Assembly: GCF_023055435.1 (NCBI RefSeq)
Contig: NW_025963813.1
Span: 20,274,001-20,338,000, forward strand
Source of the DNA: Haliotis rufescens
Taxonomy: Eukaryota
Direction of reading: 5' to 3'
DNA: 64,000 bases
The notes under the pieces were generated by a model. The model saw only the letters and a program-made list of their open reading frames with translations, made no database searches and had not been told where the DNA came from. Numbering within the stretch: the stretch's first letter is position 1; every line of letters begins with the position of its first letter. This document shows, one piece after another, positions 26,760 to 37,245 of this stretch. The position numbers and the translations under genes are program-made.

Positions 26760-27017
26760 TTATTTGTTTGTTTGATGTTCAACGTCACACTCCAACTATA
26801 TGACAGCGGTCTGTAAATAATCCAATCTGGACCAGAAAATCCAGTGATTGATATTATGAGCATGATCTACGCAAACTGGGATACCATGGTGTGCATCAAC
26901 CATGTCAGCTAGCCTGACCACTCGATCCCGTTAGTCTCCTATAATGACAAGCATAGTCGCCTATTACGGCAAGCATGGGTTGCCGAAGACCTATTGCAAC
27001 CCGGATCTTCACGGGTC
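26760..27017 (-). mobile_element. SINE-like element of the same family as 23227-23475
   Basis: (TTTG)n end plus the shared body; minus strand contains a CATGCTTG.CGTAA.AGGCGACTA core that resembles, from memory, the Meta/MESC SINE domain (unverified). Confidence 0.75.
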
Positions 27018-27265
27018 CCGACTTATTTGACACAATATCCACCACTAGTGCTGTGATGCTTCAAAACACCCAATCTTTGCACGAAACTGTTCCGTGCAAT
27101 TCCCACTGCACATTCGTTTGAAAGATAATACTTTAAACGTGTGAGGTGGGAAATCCACGGAGTAATTACATACCATGTCACCTCATCAAGGGAAGATATG
27201 ATAATGGACGATCGATGACTTACCACACGTCACATAGCCAACAAAGCATGTATCTCACGAAGAGC

Positions 27266-27730
27266 GGCTGGATATGACACGAGGCATATGACGTCGGTAG
27301 AACCACTGGGTATGACGCTAGGTATATGACGTCAGTAGAACTGCTGGGTATGACGCTCAGTATATAACGTCAGTAGAACTGCTGGGTATGACGCGAGGTA
27401 TATAACGTCAGTAGAACTGCTGGGTATGACGCTCAGTATATAACGTCAGTAGAACTGCTGGGTATGACGCTCAGTATATAACGTCAGTGGAACTGCTGGG
27501 TATGACGCGAGGTATATAACGTCAGTAGAACTGCTGGGTATGACGCTCAGTATATAACGTCAGTAGAACTGCTGGGTATGACGCTCAGTATATAACGTCA
27601 GTAGAACTACTGGGTATGACGCTCAGTATATAACGTCAGTAGAACTACTGGGTATGACGCTCAGTATATAACGTCAGTAGAACTGCTGGGTATGACGTAA
27701 GGCATGTGACGTCCGTAGAACGACTGGGTG
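27266..27730. repeat. 38-bp VNTR, ~12 copies, rich in CRE half-sites and TATA-like motifs
   Basis: Unit GTATATAACGTCAGTAGAACTGCTGGGTATGACGCTCA; full TGACGTCA at 27327-27334. Confidence 0.95.
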
Positions 27731-27740
27731 AGGCGTCACA

Positions 27741-27747
27741 TATAAAA
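27741..27747 (+). promoter_or_regulatory. Candidate TATA box upstream of CES-B
   Basis: TATAAAA immediately after the VNTR, ~490 nt upstream of the CES-B ATG; TSS not known. Confidence 0.35.
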
Positions 27748-28234
27748 CACCGGGAGGGCAGCCAACCCCAACCGGTATCAATCGACAGGCTGTGTTTATG
27801 ATAAAGATAACGATAAAAAGGTCAATATTTACAAATACTTTGGACTTCAGGCTGGAAAGGACGCTCCGCCCACCGTGTGTCCAGAGACGATATGTCACGT
27901 ACACTTTCTGCCAGATAACAAGTCACCTGACTCTCCCGTATACCCGCAAGGTACACACCACCCACGCACGCATGATACAGGGCCGTGAGAGTAGATTGTG
28001 CGGACTGTGTACATTGCGAGCATAGGTCGTTATATGAATACAAGTTTCACATCTAAATCCCTGCAACACCTTACTCTCGTATACGTTACATTGTAAATTT
28101 TCCGAACAGTGATTACAGAAAACGACATTTCGCAATAGTCAAGATCAGGGTCAAGAAGCACAGGCGAGGAGCGACGGGATAGTAACTGAAACTGATGAAA
28201 GTCAGTTTGTTGTTCGATCTACCAAACTTTTCAA

Positions 28235-29781
28235 ATGGATCAGCTGATTATTGTGGCCTTGTTGATCCTCCCTGTGATGGGGAGGGAGGCACCAGTGATA
28301 AATGCAACCTGGGGACGTATACAAGGCGTCACGAGAACCAGTAGAGACGGACTACCTTACTTTGGCTACTACGGAATCCCGTACGCGACACCTCCAGTGG
28401 GAGATCTCAGATTCAGAAAACCCAAAGCACATCCAGGAGTTTCCATATCCATATTTAATGCTTCCAGCTATGGACTGCCATGTCTTCAGCAATCACCAAT
28501 GCTCCCTCTAAACATCTCCTTTCCAGCCATGAGTGAAGACTGTCTCACCCTGAATGTGTTTCTGCCCAACACAACTGAGGTATCGTCCAGCGTGTCTGTG
28601 ATGGTCTGGATCCACGGGGGAGGGTTTGTGTATGGAGCCGCTTCTTTGTACGAGCCTTGGCAATTGGTGACAAAAGGTGACGTCATCGTCGTCACCATCC
28701 AGTACAGGCTGGGGATATTCGGATTTTTCAGTACCGAAAATGACGTCGCACCTGGTAACTACGGATTATGGGATCAGCACCTGGCACTGCAGTGGGTCAA
28801 GAACAATATTGAAGCTTTTGGTGGTGACAGTAGCAACATCACCATCATTGGAGAATCTGCAGGGGCGGCGAGTGTCGCGTATCACGTGCTGTACCCAGAG
28901 TCAAAGGGGTTGTTCCAGAGAGCAGTTCTACAGAGCGGAGCTGCCACGTCTCTCTGGGCGATCAACAGACATGTCACGTTTTTGTCAATGTTTGTTGGAA
29001 GCAGTTTAGGTTGCCTCGGTGATGGCCCTGATATAATGAGTAGACAACAGGCAATGGTAGACTGTATGAGGAAGAACGATAGTATGAGAGTGTTAGCCTT
29101 TTCGTATGTTGGAGGGACACCAGCCTACGAGCTAATGCAGTACACTTGGGTCCCGACCATTGATGGAACCTTTGTCAAAGACGATCCACAGGTATTAATG
29201 AGTGACATCACTTTCTTAAATACCACGTGTATCAAGGACATCGACGTAATGGTAGGGGCTAACAACAACGAAGGGGGACTTCTGCTGACGACAGCTCTAG
29301 CATTCGACAAGGCGTATGGCTACACATACGCAACCGATATCTTCAAGCAGAAGGAGTTTGATACAGATATTCTTCCAACAGTTACATCATTGGCATTAGC
29401 AGCTATCCCTCCATCCATCAATGATATCGTCAGTGTGGAGTACACATACCCGCGACCACCATCTGACGAGCCCCTACCTCAACAACAGGTGCTTTCAACC
29501 TACGGTGACCCCAGCTTTTTGATACCGGGACTGCTCTTTGCCAGGACGCACGCATTGTTAAACACCAGCAGGAGGTGTTATTTCTACCTGTTTAATCACT
29601 ACCCATCTTTCGCCAGAGAGAGCCCTGTGAAAGGTATGAGCCATGGAACGGACACCTTGTATCTGTTTGACCTGGACCCGGCCACAGTCAAGATACTTGG
29701 CTACACAGGGAACCTGACGTCAGAGGAGTATGAGCTGGCAGATACATTTGTCTCTTTCATTGCTGACTTTGCCAAGACAGG
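28235..29781 (+). CDS. Carboxylesterase type B (CES-B), coding exon 1
   Basis: Signal peptide MDQLIIVALLILPVMG; motifs GIPYATPP, SEDCLTLN, WIHGGGF, GESAG, NNNEG, GMSHGTD; ends FAKTG at phase-2 donor GG|GTAAAT. Confidence 0.96.
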
Positions 29782-30013
29782 GTAAATAACTCGCCTTATG
29801 ATGACGTCATCGTTTCATTTCCATAATCGTCATGTAGGATATGTCATCAGCCGACACTTATTAAGTAAAACATGAACTGTTTTTTCCATCACAATGGAAT
29901 AACAAATGACCTTGTATTTATAAATACCGCAATATTTTTACATTCCCTCAATTGCGAGGAATAAACAGGCCTTTATTCATCTGTATTTCAAAGTATTGAC
30001 TTTATTTTCACAG

Positions 30014-30395
30014 TGACCCCAGTCCTACTGTTGAAGAAAAGCTTGGTCAGGCATGGCCCGAGTACAAGATGTACGACCAGCGTTACCTGTCCTTCACAAC
30101 AAACATGTCAGTAGGTGACCACGTGTACCCCAGGCGAGTGACCCTGTGGCTGGACATCATCCCGAACCTCGTGAACATCCCGACTACATCTACAGCTTCC
30201 ACGTCATCTACATCCACTTCAAAAGCAACTACATCTGCCCCTACATGGTTCGGGCTAGACCCTCACACGGCCGAAGTGACTATCCTGGCCCTCATCGTAA
30301 CTCTGTGTGTCGTCGGCATGTTGCTGGTTACATTATCAGTGTGCTGCTGTTTGAAGCGGAGGAAACACGGACTGGAAGGATATACAGTAAAATGA
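30014..30395 (+). CDS. CES-B coding exon 2: end of esterase fold, Ser/Thr stalk, TM helix, short tail (spliced protein ~642 aa)
   Basis: ttttcacag|T gives G-DPSPT...WPEYKMYDQRYLSF...LWLDIIP, then PTTSTASTSSTSTSKATTSAPT, VTILALIVTLCVVGMLLVTLSVCCCL and KRRKHGLEGYTVK*; AATAAA at 30590. Confidence 0.92.
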
Positions 30396-30818
30396 GACCA
30401 ACAGATCTCAGGGGTATTTACAACTGAGCTTCAAGTTTTTATCACAGCCAAATAATCAGTTGACGATCATGCTTATGGTGATAATAATGCACTCCATCAC
30501 CTATATATCCCACTGAACTATGCTACCCCAGATGAAAGTACACGATTTTTGTGTACATCAAATTGATTTCTTTAATCACATACCAACACAATAAAAACTC
30601 ATATTAGTGAAAAACTTAATATATTTGTCGAAAACGTCAAGCACCACTGGGTCTAAAGATGTATGGATCGACAACAGAATGATAGGCATTGCTTCCATGC
30701 ATCAGTAGCTGTGACATCCCAGATACAGTCGTCGGTCGCAGCATCGGGTGAGACATCGGATGGACCATGTGGGAGCCTATTGAATGACTCGAAGTTCGTT
30801 GTATTGTTCTTTGGGGTT

Positions 30819-30826
30819 GGGTGTGT

Positions 30827-30857
<31 letters not shown>

Positions 30858-30866
30858 GGGGGGGGA
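30819..30866. repeat. (GT)n microsatellite fused to a poly-G tract
   Basis: gtgtgt...gt followed by ~25 G; the same architecture occurs at 61257-61295. Confidence 0.9.
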
Positions 30867-33800
30867 GTATTTGAAGAGAATGCGCAGTTAATTTCCATCT
30901 CTACGTAAGCTATAGCTCAGGGCCTGTTTTCGGAAGGTTCGAGATAATCAGCAAGAATAATACCGGCATGTCATCGGTAGACAACTTGGTAAAATCATAC
31001 AGTAATCAGAAGATTAACGAATAAACTTAATCGTCCCCTTGATGTGGATTTACCGTTATCTGGAGAGCGTGACATCCGTTCTGGGTACAACGTTTGCCAG
31101 GGCGCTGTGTCCATTGATGATGCGACCGTGGTGATCACGGAATGTTTCCAACGGTGCAAGTCAACCTCACCGGCGAACTTCTTCAAAGACATGGGGATCA
31201 TAGTCGTCACTCATGTTGACAAATACTTGAATATATCGACCTGTTTGTGTATCTCAATGCTTGTCTTTATCGGGAACGTGTTGTGGTTGAATTTCTGAAG
31301 CTCTATACGCACTCTTTATGTCCCACTGAAGCGCATCTACATTTTCTTATAATAAATACCCTTGACACATTTGTATTTTTCACTGTGGAATGTCGTGAAA
31401 CAGGCATCTCTCTGTTTATGAGTTCGGAATAGTGTTGGAACCTGGAAGGAATTCGGGTTTTAGGTAAGTATCCCATCCGCAAGTCAGGATGTAAAATGCA
31501 TCGAATCGCCGTCGTGGTGCTTTTGTATAGGTACAGGCAGCCTTCTAGAAACTGCCCCATCCCGAAACTTCTAGAACGTCAAGAAGTCAGGCATGTTAAG
31601 TTTACACAAAGGCGGTATAATATTCATTAAATATTCCTTCGCTGACAAAGTTATCTATCACGAGGTACATTGTTGTCACGCAGTCCTTCAGCTACATATA
31701 CTGCACAGTAAACAAGACAGTGAGGTGCATACACAAAAAAGATTCAAGGACTGAAAACTACCTCACATAATTGACAATTTGAAATGATCCATCTACACTC
31801 ATCAATCGATCATTAATAAAATCTACTGCATACCCTCTTTTCACAAATGCGTATATCGATGCTCACGAGGTCAGTCACTGGAGTGTCTGGTCTAGACTCG
31901 ATTATTAACTGACCTCCGTCATGAAGCTGGAATATTGCTAAGTGTGACTTAAACAACAAACAAACATCATGGTTCGACCTTTATAGTCTTTTCAGAACAC
32001 CAGTGCAAAAATATAGAGAGTACCAATCACTTTCAAGCTACTCACTGTAACCATTTCACACAAAAGATTTAGCATGTACATACCATACTTGTTGTCGCCA
32101 TTGGAATCTGTTGAAAATGATCCACAGATGATGCTGGAGTAGCTGGTAGTTTGGAGAAAACATTGAACATATCTATATCTATTTCACGTGTTATCTTGAT
32201 GAACAATATGCATTCGAATGAAGTCAGTGGAGCATAGGGGTTGTTGACTCCGTAGATTTGTTCATGTACATTATGATCAAATGTATAATAAAGTGCAAAG
32301 ACCATGTTATCATATCACTTGATTACATGCATCTGCCTTTATTCTTGGCTGTTTCCGAGCATTTTCCACATGTTTATTTTTGTGCCAGGAACTGCTGCCA
32401 TTTCATACGATTTACTTTCCTTAAACTACAGCTATCATATGCAACTGGGGCTTATAATAAATATTGTTTACTATTTATGCAAGCCTTGTCTTATTTGTGG
32501 TAAATATAATCATTCAGCTTCATGCCTTTTACTTCTGCCATGCAGGAGCTCCGTGTGTCAGGTACATTTTCTCCCGTTAACTTTGCCATGCATTAAATAG
32601 TAACGTCATAATTATGCATTTCTGTGTCATCACATATGGATGGGGAATATTGACGATCTGCGTCAATGTTTTCTTGTAATCCTAAAGGTTAATCTATCTG
32701 CATATTGTTATGAGGACGCCATGTTCATGCGTCTGTATGTCTGGGAATGACTTGGGACGTTGCTCGTTATATCCAGCACTGGTGTGTCCTGTCCAGACTC
32801 GATTACAGTCAAACACCGTTGTGTCTAAATTACGGTTGTCTCGAAATAAAAGTTTGGTCCCTACGAATTCCTTCTTTATTCATCATTTTCGGTTGTGCCG
32901 AACCTCGGATAACTCGAAGTATTTACGTCGGTGTTTAGCTGTATGTGCAGGCCTCAGTATAGAACAACAAACATAATAAATAAAACTTTCATAATCTTGT
33001 TGACACACGTTAACCTCTCGTTGTACATGATGTTACCTCTTGAATGTCTCTTACAGGGGAGGGAGAACCAACCCGTCGTTCTTACAAGCCTGACTTAATA
33101 GTCGCCCTGGCCCAGATCATTGGTGACCTGAGGATGAAGGGAGGGTCATGATTGTTATTTCATACAAATAACAAGAAGTGCCTCATTGTCAGTCCTAGAG
33201 AAGTTTAAAAGAATAAAACACTGAGGGAGAGCAGCATCTCAGGGTTTATTCTCCCTGCAGTGTTTTATTGTACGATAAACAACTCGTCGTTTATTTCTTA
33301 AATGAGATATTAACATTAGGTACAGGCTGTTTAAGGATCTTAGTAAAACGTACACGGTTGAAACATATTTACCCGTATTTAAATAATGATGACTCCCTGA
33401 ATAGAGTCCAATAGACAAGTCCAATTTATAAACAGGGGGAGTAAATTTGGTTTTCCCCGCATATTCTTACATGTTTCACGTCGATTATCTGCACCTTTTC
33501 TCCCAATACCGATTATCATATCTTTCCTACTTTTGGATGCAATCGTTCGGTCACTGCGTTCATCTGCACTGTCCAGCTACCCCTATGGGAAGCAACATTT
33601 CCCTCTCAACAATAGCGTCGTCTATTTTACGACGTGATCAAGTTGCGAGCGCATGTTCGAATCTCCAGAAATGACGGCAAGATTGAACAATGTTTTATCG
33701 TGAAATAAACCACGCTTCGTTCTTCATTGTTCTTTGCGATTTGCCGCTAAGCTATCATATATGATACAATAAAAAATATTTAACATCAACTCAGCCCAAT

Positions 33801-34539
33801 AATATAATTCATATTTTAATGCATATTAACACATGTTCTACATTGTATGTGCCGTTATCCAGGCACTCACAGACTCGTCATATCTGAAAATCCTCTTGGT
33901 TTTTACTGCGATGTAAGTTACAACGGTATGATGAACAGCCAACTTATTCAATATACAAGCCACTGTATTGAGGCGACACCTCACCTATGCAGACATTCTC
34001 CAGGCGCCCAGGAGTTCGGTCTCTTGAAACAATTACTGTTCCCTGGTCGGCCAGGTGGATCCCCGTGTAGACATGGGCTAAATCAAGACCTGCTGGGGAT
34101 GCTCGTTAACTCTGTGACATCACTGACACAGACACCTGAGCTGGATATACTGCTAGAAGAGTTGCCCAGCGCAGGAATGTTCGCTCACTCTTGTACGACA
34201 TGTTTTGTGATATGCATGTATCCATTTTACCAAAATCCTACAGCTACTCCCCACTCTCTTATCGACTCTTACATTCCACCTACGGTCAAAATCATTTGAC
34301 ATACATAAAACTTTTAGTGGTTTTAATTACCTTCATAAATATTCAGTGCATTTGCCTATGCTTGAATACTTTACTGTACTTCAATTTACCGTTAGAGCAC
34401 AATATCCACGTTAATTATATCAGAGATTGTATCATGCATGGGCCATTAAAGAAAGTTTTACAAGGATAGTCTCTAAGGTTTCAAAGGGAAATGCTAGTTT
34501 TAGTTCCACAATATCCACGGCTGCTGGCGATATGTTCAT

Positions 34540-34912
34540 TCAGTAGAGAGAGAAGCTCTGTTGGTCGTGAGAGGAACGACTCTTGATGCAAAAGCACGTT
34601 ACAGTTACAACCAGTACAACGGTCAACGCGCCGAGTGAGGAGCCCATCGCTATGACTGCAACTCTTGAGTTGTCAGGGCACCCTGGTGACGGTGGTGACG
34701 ATGTTGGGGCGGATGAATGCGTTGTTGGTTGCAAAACTGGCGATGGCCCTTCATTCAGCCTTGGGACAAGATCAAGCCAAAGCGAGGCTCTTTTGGAGTA
34801 AAGGTGACGTCCGATTGACATATTGACGTTGAAAGACAGATAGTATTCATTTGAGACGTCAAACTCAGGCCATGGCATAGCTAACTGTGTCTCCAGCACT
34901 GAATTAGGATCA
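34540..34912 (-). pseudogene. CES-C exon 2 (end of fold, Pro/Ser/Thr stalk, TM helix, tail)
   Basis: tgtttcag|T gives G-DPNSVLETQLAMPWPEFDVSNEYYLSF...LWLDLVP...PTTHSSAPTSSPPSP...VAVIAMGSSLGALTVVLVVTVTCFCIKSRSSHDQQSFSLY*. Confidence 0.88.
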
Positions 34913-35193
34913 CTGAAACAAAAACAACTTTCAAAGTAAGAGAGTAATTATTCACTGCACAAATATACAAACATGTCACAAATAATGATTAAAGAGGTTT
35001 GTTTCATTATCAGCCACCACAAAACATGGTGTATTCTTTTATTGCCCGGGAGGTTAGATAGATAGATACGTTCTATAATTCCCGGATTCTGTATCTTACA
35101 TGCCTATCTGAATTATTTAGGAAGTGTATACAAACAAATACACATCTCAAGCAATAATCATTTCAGGACATTAGCAAAGCGGCACACACTCAC

Positions 35194-36700
35194 CCCGATT
35201 TTGCAAAGGCCCCGATGAATGCTGTGAACTTGTCCGCCAGCTGATACTCCTCACTTGTGATGTTTGTATTGTTGGAGTCCAGCTGACCAAACAGATACCG
35301 GATGTCCATACCGTGCATCATCCCTTTCACTGGAGAGTCTCTTGTGAACGACGGGTAATGGTCAAATAAATACAAGTAGGTTTTCTTGTCTGTCTTGAAC
35401 ATGTCATGAACTCTGGAAAACAATATGGCTGGCACGTAAAATGCCGGATCTCCGTAGGTCTCGAAGACCTGGTACTGTGGTAGACTCATAGTAGCATTAG
35501 GGCGTAGATAGGTGTATGTAAATCCAATGACATCATCGACGTGTGGGTCGTGATGTCCTAACGTCAGATTAGTTACCATTGGCAGGACGTCTGTGTCGTA
35601 TGGCGCTGGTTGGAATAGCTGTTTGACATATGTTGTGTTCAGTAACCTGTCAAACATAACAGCAAGATCATACAGGATCCCCCCTTCGTTGTTATTGACG
35701 CCTACTAGGACGTCAACGTCTTTCAGGACGGTACTGGACAGAAACGTGTGGTTCAACATGAGTTTCGCTGGTTCATCGTGTATAAACTTTCCATCCTTTG
35801 TTGGCAGCCATGACAGGACCAACAGGTTATGTGCCATTGAACTGTTTATCACAGAAGAACGAAGAAGTTTGTCCACGGATTGTGTTCGCAGACATGTCAT
35901 TATGTCGCTCGGCTTAGCAAAGGAATCGGTCATACAATCAGCAGCCTTGGCGACAAGCATCAGCGTCGCCATTGGGTTTCTTTTGTACGCCCAGACAGGC
36001 GTGGCAGCTCCACTCTGTAGAACTGCTCTCTGGAACAGTCCCCTTGACTCCGGGTGCAGCACGTGATACGCAACACTCGCCGCCCCTGCAGATTCTCCAA
36101 TGATGGTGATGTTGCTACTGTCACCACCAAAAGCTTCAATATTGGTTTTGACTCACTGGAGTGCCAGATGCTGATCCCATAATCCGTAGTTACCAGGTGC
36201 GACGTCATTTCCGGTACTGATGAACCCGAATATTCCCAGCCTGTACTGGATGGTGACGACGATGACTCCGGTCTCAGTCACCAGTTTCCATGGCTCATAC
36301 TCTACAGCAGCGCCAGACATAAACCCCCCTCCGTGTATCCACACCATCACGGGCGTTTGAGTCGACCACACAGTGGAATCGGGCAGGAATACATTCAACG
36401 TGAGACAGTCCTCATCTGAGAGGTTTAAGTTCATATATTTGAATGATGGACACGCATAACCATACGCTGTTGCATTGAACACATCGTTTACTCCAGTGTG
36501 ACGTTCCGGTTTGTTGAACCTCAGATTGCCTGTTGGGGTTTCGCGTATGGTATTCCATAGTAACCAAAGTACGGAAGTCCATCTTTGCTAACTTTATCCA
36601 CACCTTGTATCTGTCCCCACGTAGCGTTGACCTCTGGCGCGGACAGCACAGACCACGGGACGCAGCCTAGAACCTGAAGCCAGAGAACTGAGAGTCTCAT
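35194..36700 (-). pseudogene. Carboxylesterase CES-C exon 1, disabled (frameshift and nonsense)
   Basis: CCACC-ATG at 36700 with signal peptide. One C is missing at 36535-36538 (restoring it gives PYAKPPTGNLRF). TGA at 36155-36153 where CES-B has TGG (ALQ*VK). GESAG, NNNEG and GMMHGMD are retained; donor GG|GTGAGT at 35193. Confidence 0.88.
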
Positions 36701-37245
36701 GGTGGAACCTGGACAACTGTTGACTAAAACTTGTACGCTGTCCTCACACACGTCTATCTAATTTGTGAAACATTTTGCGTTAAACATTACAAAAGACCTG
36801 AATGTAGAATCCGTAAGCGGTAGGTGTGGATAACAGCGGTCTATACCTTTCACGTATCGCTAGTGCAATGTAACGTGGCGCACCTACAACCATGTGACGG
36901 TTATCAGAAATGTGATACAGCCTCCTCGGAGGTATCGTCTTACTGAAATGATTGTGGCTGAGGTCACCTTATTAACTGCTATAGTATCTATACCCAACAC
37001 TTATAAAGAGAACCGAAGGCGTTTGTGAAGAAAAAATACAAAATATTACTGCAATGTGAGTGTCTAAAGAATATCATATTAGGCATCAGTTTAGTTCTCA
37101 GTACATACGGCGATATCGTTTATCAGTAGATAATATAAGGCCAAGACAAAGTGATTGCTTGATCGTTGAAACTGTTACTTTTCTTTAAAGACAAATATCA
37201 TAGTATTGTTCTGTATGATATTCGTTGATCTACAAAACTACCTCA

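Noticed and set aside
27266-27730. CRISPR-like array (also considered for the 24-, 48- and 66-bp arrays)
   Set aside because: Units are head-to-tail with no unique spacers, there are no cas genes, and the context is eukaryotic.
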